The notes beneath the pieces are model-generated. The model worked only from the letters and a program-made list of their open reading frames with translations, was not told the DNA's origin and made no database searches. Made by a program: the position numbers and the translations under genes. A DNA stretch of 64,000 nucleotides, taken from the NCBI GenBank assembly GCA_003525075.1, contig DQFO01000008.1:6287-70286 (forward strand), written 5' to 3'. Position 1 is the first letter of the stretch. Each line of letters starts with the position of its first letter. This DNA comes from Clostridiales bacterium (GTDB taxonomy: Bacteria > Bacillota > Clostridia > TANB77 > CAG-508). This document shows, piece after piece, positions 48,460 through 57,895 of this stretch.

Positions 48460-50673
48460 TTATTGGCTTATAATATCAAGTGTATGCATTGCTCTTGTAC
48501 AAGCCACATACAATAATTTTGTATCTAAAATATTTTCACTATATTTATTAGAATCTGAAATAATAACACTATCAAACTCTAAACCTTTTGACAAATATGA
48601 AGGTATAATAATTGTTCCTCCAGTATATTTATCCAAATTTTCTGATATTAATTTTATATCAACTTCATAATTAGTAAGCTTTTTATGTAATTCTATACTT
48701 TCATCAAAGTCTTTTGTGATTACTGCAATATTTATATGTCCCGCTTCTAAGTGTGTTTTTATTATTTCATATATTTTTGATATTTTGCTATCTTCGCTAT
48801 CAATTTTCCAATGTTCTATTTTATCCCCATGTCTCTCAATTGGTTGTGCTAGGATAATATTTTCATTATCAACAATTTTATTTATTATTGTATTCGCTTC
48901 ATTCATAATTTCCATAGATGTTCTATAACTCTCTTTTAAATATTCTATTGATGCTTTATTATTAAAAACTATTTGATTAAGTTTATTCCAATTATTTATT
49001 CCTTTGTAAGAATATATCCCTTGTGATATATCTCCTAAAATGGTCATAGACATATTAGGTTTAACTATTTCTTTGAAATTATAAAATTGAAATTCTCCCA
49101 AATCTTGAGCTTCATCAATAACAATATGTTCTAGCTTTAAATTATTAATATTCCCCAAAAATCTATTTTGGATATAAAATAATGGTGCTAAATCTTCGTA
49201 TTCAACTTTTTTGCTTTTTATATTCTTTTTATATGTTTCTAAAATATATTCATATAATTCAGATTCAACATATTTATCAAATAAAATTTTATCACTTATA
49301 ATTTTTTTATATATTGATAAAACCTTTTCTATTTTAAAGTTTTTCAAATAATCTAATACTAATTTTTTTCCACCTTTAAAAAGTTGTTGCATTTCATATT
49401 CTTTTTCTTTAAAAATTTCTAATCTTATTTCTTTTACCTTATCATCACTTAAATTTTTGTCTATATTATATAATTTACTCTTTCTCTGTTCTGACAATCT
49501 ATCTATTAATTCATTTGCAATATTACTAACTCTTTTTTGCAATATTGCTGTTAGCATTTTTTTGCTATCGTTTATCGAATTATTTTTAAAGTAATTTATA
49601 AACATATCTATAACCTCATCATGATTAAATACTACTATATCAGAAATTTTAAAATCTCCTTTTGGCAAATTGCTTTTTAAGAATTTATCAATAAATTCAT
49701 CTATTAATTCTTTAAATCTTAAAGAAGATTTGAAATTTGCAGATTTTTTTATTAAATCTGTTTTTCCATTTTGATTAACTATATTAGACAACTCAACATT
49801 TATTGGATTAATTTCAAAATTTGCATCAATGTTTTCAAGCATAAATTCTTCAAATGTTTGCTGTCTTACATAGTCTACCCCTAAATCTGGTAATACATTT
49901 GAAATATAGTCTAGAAAAAATTTATTAGGAGCAATAATTAAAAATTCATCTGGATTAAATTCTTTTTCATAAGTATATACCAAATAAGCTATTCTATGTA
50001 ATGCTACTGTTGTTTTACCAGAACCTGCCACACCTTGAACAATAAGAGGATTTGACATTTTAGCTCTAATGATTTTATTTTGTTCTGACTGTATTGTAGA
50101 AATAATATTTTTAAGTCTAGCTTCAGAATTTTCATTAAGACATTCTTGTAAAAATTCATCATTTGTAGTTATATCTATATCTTGGTAATCCTTTAATATA
50201 GAATTTTCAATAGTATAAACTCTTTTTTTGCTTAAGTCGCCTTTTATTATTCCATCTGGACATTCATATTTAACTTTTCCTAATTGTCCATCATAATATA
50301 TACTTGCAATTGGTGCTCTCCAATCTGTAACTATTACATCATATTTATCATTTAAAATTCCTGTTTTACCAATATAAATTTTTCTTTCATTGTTAGCATT
50401 GTTTTCTTTAAAATCAATTCGAGCAAAATATGGTATAGAAATTGCTTTATTTAAATTTTTTAACTTATTGCTATATTCTTTACTCATATTTTGAATATAT
50501 TGTTCATCGGCATTTCCTTTTAATAAATTACTATACAATATTTCATATTCTTTTATATTGTTTTTCACAATTTCTATTGTATCAGATACTCTTTTTATTT
50601 CCTCATTATCTATCATTTTCTTTTCCAATCTATATAACTTCTTTTTAACTAAAATATAATACCATTTTTTCAT
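48460..50673 (-). CDS. helD: HelD-type UvrD-family helicase (RNA polymerase recycling ATPase-like)
   Basis: 737 aa. The HelD-specific N-terminal motif is FARIDFKE...IYIGK...VTDWRAPIASIYYD, with Walker A GVAGSGKTT, DEAQD and the C-terminal LYVACTRAMH. The exact start is uncertain. Confidence 0.8.
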   Translation of the reverse strand: MKKWYYILVKKKLYRLEKKMIDNEEIKRVSDTIEIVKNNIKEYEILYSNLLKGNADEQYIQNMSKEYSNKLKNLNKAISIPYFARIDFKENNANNERKIYIGKTGILNDKYDVIVTDWRAPIASIYYDGQLGKVKYECPDGIIKGDLSKKRVYTIENSILKDYQDIDITTNDEFLQECLNENSEARLKNIISTIQSEQNKIIRAKMSNPLIVQGVAGSGKTTVALHRIAYLVYTYEKEFNPDEFLIIAPNKFFLDYISNVLPDLGVDYVRQQTFEEFMLENIDANFEINPINVELSNIVNQNGKTDLIKKSANFKSSLRFKELIDEFIDKFLKSNLPKGDFKISDIVVFNHDEVIDMFINYFKNNSINDSKKMLTAILQKRVSNIANELIDRLSEQRKSKLYNIDKNLSDDKVKEIRLEIFKEKEYEMQQLFKGGKKLVLDYLKNFKIEKVLSIYKKIISDKILFDKYVESELYEYILETYKKNIKSKKVEYEDLAPLFYIQNRFLGNINNLKLEHIVIDEAQDLGEFQFYNFKEIVKPNMSMTILGDISQGIYSYKGINNWNKLNQIVFNNKASIEYLKESYRTSMEIMNEANTIINKIVDNENIILAQPIERHGDKIEHWKIDSEDSKISKIYEIIKTHLEAGHINIAVITKDFDESIELHKKLTNYEVDIKLISENLDKYTGGTIIIPSYLSKGLEFDSVIISDSNKYSENILDTKLLYVACTRAMHTLDIISQ

Positions 50674-50712
50674 AGATTTTGCAATTGTTTTGAACCTTTT
50701 TTCTACTAAAAC

Positions 50713-50741
50713 TTGAGAAAATCAATATTTTATGTTATAAT
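50713..50741 (+). promoter_or_regulatory. Candidate promoter (TTGAGA-17-TGtTATAAT) of the pyrophosphatase-like gene
   Basis: -35 at 50713-50718 and extended -10 at 50736-50741. Confidence 0.5.
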
Positions 50742-50787
50742 TTCTATATATTTAAGCAAAAGTTATCATAATATTAGGAGGATTAAA

Positions 50788-51126
50788 ATGGACGATTTCA
50801 AAAAATATATTGGCAAAAAAATAACTGTAACAATAGACAGAAAAATGGGTTCAAAGCATCCAAAATGGGGATTTATCTATCCGAATAACTATGGATATAT
50901 TCCTAACACAATAAGTGGCGACGGTGAAGAACTGGATGCCTATGTTCTTGGAGTTTTCGAACCTGTTGAGTCATTTGAAGGCATTTGTATTGCAGTACTG
51001 CACCGTTTGACGGATGATGATGACAAGCTCATAGTCGTTCCTGAAGACGTTAATTATACAGATGAACAAATTAATGCTCTCACAGAATATCAAGAAAGAT
51101 TTTTCAAACATATTATTATTAGATAG
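50788..51126 (+). CDS. Truncated inorganic-pyrophosphatase-like protein (112 aa)
   Basis: The start is at the ATG 7 nt after AGGAGG (the tracked ORF begins at 50713). NYGYIPNTISGDGEELDAYVLG resembles the family I PPase NYGFIP..DGDPLDVLV motif, but the protein is about 60 aa shorter. It looks richer in G+C than its neighbours. Confidence 0.5.
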   Translation: MDDFKKYIGKKITVTIDRKMGSKHPKWGFIYPNNYGYIPNTISGDGEELDAYVLGVFEPVESFEGICIAVLHRLTDDDDKLIVVPEDVNYTDEQINALTEYQERFFKHIIIR

Positions 51127-51141
51127 CTTTTTATTTAAAAT

Positions 51142-51177
51142 CCTCACTTATTTTATTAAATTAAGTGAGGTATTTTT
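51142..51177 (+). terminator. Terminator (cctcactta / taagtgagg plus T-run)
   Basis: A 9-bp perfect stem followed by TATTTTT. Confidence 0.65.
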
Positions 51178-51210
51178 GTTATTCTAGTCACCATAATAAC
51201 TTTCCATTTA

Positions 51211-51239
51211 TTGACAAATTAGTTTAAATATAGTATAAT
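51211..51239 (+). promoter_or_regulatory. Consensus promoter TTGACA-17-TATAAT of the guanylate-kinase-like gene
   Basis: -35 at 51211-51216 and -10 at 51234-51239. Confidence 0.6.
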
Positions 51240-51272
51240 TGTACTATATTATTTATAGAAGGATGTTAAGAA

Positions 51273-52043
51273 ATGAAAAAATTTGATGTAATAAAGAGAG
51301 GTAATGATCAAATTCTTGTAATATCTGGTGCAAGTGGTGTTGGCAAAACTACAACATGTGCATTACTTGGTATGTTATACCCTGCTAATTATGTACATAT
51401 TCCTTTCGACAGAAGTAGAGCATCAAGACCTGGAGAGTTTGGTTCAAGGCATGTCGATTTAGATATAATGCAGGAAAAATATGATTCTGGAGAATATTTT
51501 AACATTGCTCCTGTAACACATGGTGGATTTGCTGCGATTAGAACCTCAGATATACAAAAAGCATTTTCAGAAGGAAAAATTGCAGTATTAGAATATCCAA
51601 TAGAACAAATAGATGTATTAGAAAAAACTTTTTCAAATGCTCAAGTAACTGGTGTTGAATTAGTTGCGCCATCTGAAAAAGAGCGATTTAGAAGACTAAA
51701 AAAGGATCATAAATATACAGACCATCGTATTGAAAGTGATAAGTTCGGCTCTGGTAGAATTGATAGATATAAAAATGATGATTTGCTTACTTTAGATGAC
51801 CATAATTTAGTATTGATTACTGAAAGAGATAGACTTGGAGATACTGTATATGAAATTCATCGTTATATGAAAATACAAACTCTTACATTATCTAAGCTAC
51901 AAAAAATAGAAAAAGATGATGGTATTAGTGGTGTTCAAAGTTTTTTAAAATCTCTTCGCGTTCCAAAACATGATTATACTCAATCTGAGCATTATGAATT
52001 TTTAGAAAATAAATTACCAAAAACAGAAGATTTTGAGAGATAA
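51273..52043 (+). CDS. Guanylate-kinase-like nucleoside monophosphate kinase (256 aa, with a C-terminal extension)
   Basis: P-loop ISGASGVGKTT. RSRASRPGEFGSRH, GKIAVLEYPIEQ and APSEKERFRRL are collinear with Gmk TTRxPRxGExxGxxY / ildid.qG / PPS...L..RL. Confidence 0.6.
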   Translation: MKKFDVIKRGNDQILVISGASGVGKTTTCALLGMLYPANYVHIPFDRSRASRPGEFGSRHVDLDIMQEKYDSGEYFNIAPVTHGGFAAIRTSDIQKAFSEGKIAVLEYPIEQIDVLEKTFSNAQVTGVELVAPSEKERFRRLKKDHKYTDHRIESDKFGSGRIDRYKNDDLLTLDDHNLVLITERDRLGDTVYEIHRYMKIQTLTLSKLQKIEKDDGISGVQSFLKSLRVPKHDYTQSEHYEFLENKLPKTEDFER

Positions 52044-52068
52044 ATACTCTCAAAATCTTCTGTCTTTT
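52024..52068. terminator. Shared bidirectional terminator of the convergent kinase genes
   Basis: A 16-bp perfect stem (cagaagattttgagag / ctctcaaaatcttctg). The stop codon of the plus-strand gene sits in the loop. Confidence 0.7.
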
Positions 52069-52676
52069 CACATATCTTTCAAAAAATTATTATCATTAAT
52101 TATTACATTAATTGTTTGTTCTAAATCAATATCAGTAGTATCAATAGTCTTAGTATTAGGAAAGTATTCCAATACTATTTTTTTATAAATTTGCTCTCTT
52201 CGTTCAAATTTATCAGTATCCATAATTAACTTATCTGAACCAGTAATCTCATTACCTGATTTTGCTCTTGCTTGAAATCTTTTTATTCTTTCATTCATAC
52301 TTACAGTAATATAAAATGAATCCATTTCTGGATATTTTTTTAATAATTCTTTTAATATAATTATTTCTTCTTCATCCTGTTTATCGTTTTTTTCAATTTT
52401 GCCAGCTAAATATTTTATTATCCATAACGAATCTAGTAGTATTAATCCATTTTCTTTATATTCTTTTATATCCTTTTGTATATTTTCTTGAAGTAGTGGT
52501 TTCCATTCTTCTGGAGATAACCATGTGTCTCTTTTTCTTACATTTTCTATTAAATCAATTGGAGTTAAGAATTTCTTTTTAATACTAAATTTACTTGGCA
52601 TTTTTTCATTTATACCATTAATAATAGTTGTTTTTCCTGAAAAATCCATTCCACTAAACAATTTAATTTTAGACAT
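52068..52676 (-). CDS. P-loop kinase, thymidylate/deoxynucleoside-kinase-like (202 aa)
   Basis: Walker A FSGMDFSGKTT at the N-terminus, about 200 aa. It is the last gene of the radical SAM operon (5-nt gap to the upstream gene). Confidence 0.5.
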   Translation of the reverse strand: MSKIKLFSGMDFSGKTTIINGINEKMPSKFSIKKKFLTPIDLIENVRKRDTWLSPEEWKPLLQENIQKDIKEYKENGLILLDSLWIIKYLAGKIEKNDKQDEEEIIILKELLKKYPEMDSFYITVSMNERIKRFQARAKSGNEITGSDKLIMDTDKFERREQIYKKIVLEYFPNTKTIDTTDIDLEQTINVIINDNNFLKDM

Positions 52677-52681
52677 GTCTT

Positions 52682-53320
52682 TTATTCCTTTTCTATCTTA
52701 TTTTTTATAAATTCTAATATTTTATCTATCCCTTGCTCTACTGATAAATCTGAAGATGTATCAATTATTATATTATCTTCCAATTCATTTGCTTTATTTA
52801 CAAGTTCATTATATACAATTTTAAAAAATTCAGGATTATCTCTATAAAAGTCATGTACTGGTGATTCTTTACTTTGAGCCATTCTTTCCTTTATTATTTC
52901 AAATGGTGGAATACAAAACACACTTAATGATGGCTCAATTAATATATCGTTTTCTACAAATGCTTTTGGTATATCATAAATATTATAATCAGTTTTAATG
53001 TAATCTCCATATGCTTTTATATATGTTGTTATTGCATCAAAATATCTATCTTGTAACACAATTGTATTTTTCTTTGCCAAATAAGGTTTAATAATATTTT
53101 TAGTATTTATTATTAGATCAGTAAAAAAATATGAAACAGTAATTGGCATATCTTTTTTCCCTAAATTCTGTTTAAACTTTTTTCCTAAATCAGTATATGT
53201 CATTGCACCATGATTATATACAGTTTCATATCCTAATTCTTTTATTCTTTCACTTAATAATTTGGTTGTTGTTGTCTTTCCACTACAACATATTCCTTCA
53301 AATACTATAAAATTATTCAT
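52682..53320 (-). CDS. Thymidylate-kinase-like P-loop kinase (212 aa)
   Basis: FIVFEGICCSGKTTTTKLL resembles the Tmk motif EGxDGxGKTT. Size and layout match the NMP/dNMP kinase fold. Confidence 0.55.
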   Translation of the reverse strand: MNNFIVFEGICCSGKTTTTKLLSERIKELGYETVYNHGAMTYTDLGKKFKQNLGKKDMPITVSYFFTDLIINTKNIIKPYLAKKNTIVLQDRYFDAITTYIKAYGDYIKTDYNIYDIPKAFVENDILIEPSLSVFCIPPFEIIKERMAQSKESPVHDFYRDNPEFFKIVYNELVNKANELEDNIIIDTSSDLSVEQGIDKILEFIKNKIEKE

Positions 53321-53328
53321 TTTTACTC

Positions 53329-53988
53329 CTATCTGTTATTTAAAACAGTATATCCTCTAAAATATTTGCTGTCTTTTGTTAGTTCTATTGGAAGTTGTGC
53401 ATTTGAAATCAAGTTATTAACTTTTATCAAATGCCTATCATAATCATAATCTACATTTGTTGTATTTGGATTTTTCCAATCTTCTATTTCAAGCATTTCT
53501 TCGTAAACTGAATTTGATTCATCTTTTTCAAAATATTTAACTTTGTCATAAGAGACATATAAACGATCACCATCTTTTTCCACTATGCTCACTTCTCTTT
53601 TCATATTTGCAAATAATTTTATGTTTAATTGACCTTTTACATCTATATTTAATTCTTTAATAAATTCATTTACATCTTTATATTGACCTCTTAATTTAGT
53701 TCCAAGCTCCAGTTTAGATACATAAGGTTTTTGGGGATTACATTTGTTTGTCTTGTATAAAAAACCTTTAAATTGTTCGGTAACCATATTGCTACCTCTC
53801 ATAACATCTCCTCTTTTTAATATAGAAAAATCATTATCATCATAGTAAGTTTCGTGTTTTTCTTTTTCAAAACTTTCAACTAATTTATATCCATTTTCGC
53901 AAAGAAATTCAAGAAATTGTTTTGAAGTATATTTTTCATTCTTCTTTATTAAATATTTAAGTTCTCTTTCATAATTTTCAAATTCCAT
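53329..53988 (-). CDS. CYTH-domain (triphosphate tunnel metalloenzyme) protein
   Basis: N-terminal ExExK signature (YERELKYLI) and a ~220-aa protein of alternating charged strands. Confidence 0.5.
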   Translation of the reverse strand: MEFENYERELKYLIKKNEKYTSKQFLEFLCENGYKLVESFEKEKHETYYDDNDFSILKRGDVMRGSNMVTEQFKGFLYKTNKCNPQKPYVSKLELGTKLRGQYKDVNEFIKELNIDVKGQLNIKLFANMKREVSIVEKDGDRLYVSYDKVKYFEKDESNSVYEEMLEIEDWKNPNTTNVDYDYDRHLIKVNNLISNAQLPIELTKDSKYFRGYTVLNNR

Positions 53989-54009
53989 ATAAAATACCTC
54001 TTTTCAATT

Positions 54010-54804
54010 TTATTTAACACTTATAAATACTCCTGTTTCTCTTGGAATACTTATAGCACCATCTTTTATTCTTATATCTTCAAAATAATTATATAAATTT
54101 AATAAACTTTCATCCGAATAACCTGAAATAGATTTAGTTGATTTCAACCATTCTATCAAGTCTTGTGTATTAGTTATTGCAAGTATATTTTCATAATCAA
54201 ATCTTTGCACATTTTCAAAGTATTTGCCTAAAATTTCACAACCATTTTGAAGATTAAAAGGTAACTGTTCTGTAAATGCAGTAGATGTCGGCTCAAATCT
54301 TACTATCGCATTATGTAGAAATGGTCTCATTCCACCATTACCATCTGTTGCAGAATAAAATACTCCATTGTCTTTCAATACTCTTTTTACTTCTAGTAAT
54401 GCTTTATTTAAATCTGGTACATGAAATAACATATGGTTTGCAATTACAATATCAAATGTTTCATCTTCAAACGGAATTTCTTGTATATCAATTTTTTTAA
54501 TTGAAACATTTTCATTTGCAGAAAATTTTTCTCTAACTAAATCTAACATACCTTCTGAAAAATCTGATAATACTAAACTACAACCATCTGGCAAAGTTTC
54601 AATTTTTCCTTCCCAATGACTTCCATTTCCACATCCTAATTCTAATATTTTCATATTTTTTTTAAAAACATATTTATCAAATAACCAATCTGCAAATTTA
54701 TACTTATTAGTGGTGTATTTTTTATAAAAATTAATCCTCATAGCTAAATTTTTATCATTTGAAAATTGATTTTTAACATTTTTAGTTACATTCATAATTG
54801 CCAT
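54010..54804 (-). CDS. Class I SAM-dependent methyltransferase
   Basis: Motif I ILELGCGNGSHW, then LSDFSEGML and the post-II IVIANHMLFHV. Confidence 0.8.
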   Translation of the reverse strand: MAIMNVTKNVKNQFSNDKNLAMRINFYKKYTTNKYKFADWLFDKYVFKKNMKILELGCGNGSHWEGKIETLPDGCSLVLSDFSEGMLDLVREKFSANENVSIKKIDIQEIPFEDETFDIVIANHMLFHVPDLNKALLEVKRVLKDNGVFYSATDGNGGMRPFLHNAIVRFEPTSTAFTEQLPFNLQNGCEILGKYFENVQRFDYENILAITNTQDLIEWLKSTKSISGYSDESLLNLYNYFEDIRIKDGAISIPRETGVFISVK

Positions 54805-54816
54805 ATATATACCTCC

Positions 54817-56604
54817 TTATCTTATAAACGGATTTTCTTTACCATCATAATTTAAGTCATATTTTTCACACAATGCTTGTCCACTTCTATTTATTGAACT
54901 ATAAAAATCTGAATTACTACCAATTTGAGCCATAACCTTGTCATTAAGTTCTTCCTCTGTAATCCCTTTCTCTACATTATCTAAAACCATTTTCATAAAG
55001 TCTAAATCTTTTAACTTTAATTGATAATATAAGTCATAAAAAGATTTTTCTCCAGCTGAATCAATGGCTTTTGGAGATGAAATAGGATCGATAATCATAT
55101 CATATAACTTCATGTGTGATTTATGCCATTTTTTTAAAGCATTATATGTTAATTTCACTTTTGTATCCACAATTTCATATTTATTATTATCATATACATC
55201 ATTTTTAACAATCTTATCTTCCTTTTTTAACTTTTCAGTATATAAAGTTCCGTCTGCTGCAAACATCTCAGAAAAAATTCCTTTTGTTATAATCCAATCA
55301 TATTCTCTTAAGAACTCATAATTTTCTTTTAATTCTTCAAAAGTAGTATTATCATCAAATAAAATGAAACCTGCTTGAACATAAATTCCATGTTTTTTTA
55401 GGATATCTAATGCCCTTTTATTGTCTTCTAAACTAGCACTCTTGTTCATTCTTTTTAATGCCGTATTAGAACCATTTTCAATTCCACAAGCAAATGAATG
55501 AAATCCTGCTTCTTTTAAATATTTTATTTTTTCATCTTCAACCTGATCTGCTTTTAAAGATCCTCTTAATGAAACATTAATTCCTCTTGATTTTATTTTT
55601 TCACAAAATTCTTTTGCCCACTGTTCATTTCTTTCTTGTTCTAAGAAACTATCATCTATAACCTTAATGTACTTAACTCCCATATTTTGAAGTTGCTCCA
55701 ATTCATCTACAATACTATCAACACTTCTACCTCTCCATTTTCTTCCGTTAGATAACTTATTAAAAGCATTGACTGAACAAAATAAGCAATTTCCCATGCA
55801 ACCTCTTGCCGTTAAAATATTTACCGTAGATTTTCTATCTTTTGCCATATTCATAGTATCTCTTGCAGGAAATGGTATAACATCCAAATCAGATATTAAA
55901 TCTCTTTTTTCTGTTCTTACTGTTTTTCCATCTTTCTCAAAAACTATACCTTTTATATCTTCAATTTTTCTGTCTGAGTTTTCAGTAAAATAATCAGATA
56001 CTTCAACAATAGATTCTTCTCCCTCTCCAATCATTGCAATATCAAATACACCATCTTTTACAAATTTTTGAGGATTAAATGATGGTCCAAAACCACCACA
56101 CATTAATTTTATTTCTGGTCTAACTTCTCTTATTCTTTTTGCTAGTTCTATTGATTTATCATTGTTTGACATATAACATGAAACACCAACGATAGCTACC
56201 TCTTTATCATTTAAAATTCTTCTTAATACTTCTTCATCACTTAATCCTCCTAGCCATCCATCAATTATCTCAACATTATATCCTCTTTTTCTTAAAACAG
56301 CAGTCAAATAAGCTAATCCTAGATTCTCTTCAGAAGTTCTATGTGTATCTGGTGATAAAGTTGTTAAAATAATTTTATTTTTTCTTTTTCTCATAATATT
56401 TTGAAGGTATTTCTGATATTCTTGAATATTGCTATCATCATCTCCTTCAATATGGATAATTAATTTTGATTTATCCATAATAACACATTTTCCATCATGT
56501 GTTGTAAAAAGAAAGTCATTATCTTCATAGTTTAGTCTACACATATTTTTAACTTTTTCATTAGTAAGAGTCATATTTTTTCTAACGATAATTTCAGATT
56601 CCAT
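54817..56604 (-). CDS. B12-binding-domain radical SAM enzyme (class B type) with a ~75-aa N-terminal extra domain
   Basis: A Rossmann-like cobalamin-binding region (IVGVSCYMSN...KLMCGGFGPS) is followed by the radical SAM cluster motif ARGCMGNCLFCSV (CxxxCxxC). Confidence 0.8.
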   Translation of the reverse strand: MESEIIVRKNMTLTNEKVKNMCRLNYEDNDFLFTTHDGKCVIMDKSKLIIHIEGDDDSNIQEYQKYLQNIMRKRKNKIILTTLSPDTHRTSEENLGLAYLTAVLRKRGYNVEIIDGWLGGLSDEEVLRRILNDKEVAIVGVSCYMSNNDKSIELAKRIREVRPEIKLMCGGFGPSFNPQKFVKDGVFDIAMIGEGEESIVEVSDYFTENSDRKIEDIKGIVFEKDGKTVRTEKRDLISDLDVIPFPARDTMNMAKDRKSTVNILTARGCMGNCLFCSVNAFNKLSNGRKWRGRSVDSIVDELEQLQNMGVKYIKVIDDSFLEQERNEQWAKEFCEKIKSRGINVSLRGSLKADQVEDEKIKYLKEAGFHSFACGIENGSNTALKRMNKSASLEDNKRALDILKKHGIYVQAGFILFDDNTTFEELKENYEFLREYDWIITKGIFSEMFAADGTLYTEKLKKEDKIVKNDVYDNNKYEIVDTKVKLTYNALKKWHKSHMKLYDMIIDPISSPKAIDSAGEKSFYDLYYQLKLKDLDFMKMVLDNVEKGITEEELNDKVMAQIGSNSDFYSSINRSGQALCEKYDLNYDGKENPFIR

Positions 56605-56616
56605 ATTAACTCTCCT

Positions 56617-57729
56617 TTATTTTTTTGGTTTTCCTATCCAAGTGCATAAATAATTTTCATGTACTAATTTTTTATTACTTTTTTTATAGTCAATATTTTT
56701 ATCAATCTCAATATCTTTAAAGCAAAATGGATCTCGTGCGTATAAATCTTTTTCACCTGTTTCACATTTTTTATATGTATATGCCATTGCAAAGCAACCA
56801 CCTCTACATATTTCAGCTTTGTCGCAATCTTTACAACTTTCAATATTTTTATAATTTTCTTTTCTAGTTTTAAAAGCTTTAAATTGCTCTGAATTTATAA
56901 TATCAAATATATCATCTTTTAATAAATCACCAACTCTATAGTCATGCATATATACACATGGAGATACAGGTATTTTTCCATCTGGAGTTATAGAATTTAT
57001 TCTCATTGAATAGATTCCACAAGCACATCCTTTAACTTTATTATTTTGCTTTAGTCCTGATAATGTTGGTTCACTTAATTCAACAGTATCACATTTTTCA
57101 AATAAATATTTATAATTTTCTAACACTTGTTCTTTTGAAGGTACAAGTTTAAAATGTTGTAATTGTATTGGTTTAAGTAAATTAAATCTTATATTAGAAT
57201 CATATTTTTTGGCTATTTCTAATAATGCATCTATTCTGTCTTTTGTAAAGTTCCAGTTCATTGCACACATTATAATTCCTGATTCAATATTGTATTCTTT
57301 ACAAATTTCTAATGCTTGAATAGCATATTTATAAACATCTCCACCTCTATTTTCATTATGTTCTTTTTCGAAAGGTGAATCAAAGCTAATATCTACATCA
57401 TTTAATAATTCTAAGCATTCTGGATATGTATTTTTTAATGCAATAAGGCTTATTCCAGCAGTTGTTATACCTACCTTTATATTTCTTTTATTTAGCTCTT
57501 TTAATATATATGGTAGCATACTTTTTTTAACATCCAAACCATTAGTAAAAATTGGTTCATTACCGCCTAAATTAACTGTTTCAACATTTAATTTTTCAAT
57601 TTGTTCTATAACCTTATCAACTATTTCTTTCGTTAAATTTTTTCCTTTCTGTCTAACTGAAAAAGAATAACAATGTTTACATTTACATGGACAGTCATTT
57701 CCTAATGTCCAGCCTATATTTTTTATCAT
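56617..57729 (-). CDS. Radical SAM enzyme with a C-terminal SPASM/twitch-like Cys-rich domain
   Basis: N-terminal CPCKCKHCY (CxxxCxxC). C-terminal cysteines occur in CACGIYS, SPCVY and CKDCDKAEICRGGCFAMAY. Confidence 0.8.
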   Translation of the reverse strand: MIKNIGWTLGNDCPCKCKHCYSFSVRQKGKNLTKEIVDKVIEQIEKLNVETVNLGGNEPIFTNGLDVKKSMLPYILKELNKRNIKVGITTAGISLIALKNTYPECLELLNDVDISFDSPFEKEHNENRGGDVYKYAIQALEICKEYNIESGIIMCAMNWNFTKDRIDALLEIAKKYDSNIRFNLLKPIQLQHFKLVPSKEQVLENYKYLFEKCDTVELSEPTLSGLKQNNKVKGCACGIYSMRINSITPDGKIPVSPCVYMHDYRVGDLLKDDIFDIINSEQFKAFKTRKENYKNIESCKDCDKAEICRGGCFAMAYTYKKCETGEKDLYARDPFCFKDIEIDKNIDYKKSNKKLVHENYLCTWIGKPKK

Positions 57730-57755
57730 ATAAAAATACCTCCATTTTCAACAAA

Positions 57756-57784
57756 ATTATACCATTTTATGTAAATTCTGTCAA
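57756..57784 (-). promoter_or_regulatory. Consensus promoter TTGACA-17-TGgTATAAT of the radical SAM operon
   Basis: Read on the minus strand: -35 at 57779-57784 and extended -10 at 57756-57761, about 25 nt upstream of the GGAGG RBS. Confidence 0.65.
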
Positions 57785-57895
57785 ATGGATTTTTATAATT
57801 AACCATTAAAATTCAGCTAAAAATATGTATTTACATTATTTTTAATTGAAAGCCATAAAACGATCTTAAACTAAAATCCATTTTATGGCTTTCTA

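Noticed and set aside
54817-57729. The idea that the two radical SAM genes define a RiPP (peptide natural product) cluster, or that the SPASM enzyme is a viperin.
   Set aside because: - I found no short precursor-like ORF with an RBS in the operon, its 5' UTR or the flanking gaps (57730-57895, 58526-58606).
- I found no protease or exporter.
- The SPASM protein has a C-terminal Cys-rich domain and lacks the viperin-like N-terminal CNxxCxxC context.
- The RiPP option is kept only as an alternative that homology searches could revive.
57848-57893. The inverted repeat gaaagccataaaa / ttttatggctttc after the histidine phosphatase gene, considered as an intrinsic terminator.
   Set aside because: The 13-bp stem is real. 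However, the loop is 20 nt and no T-run follows on the minus strand, so I did not list it as a terminator. It may still be a processing or binding site.
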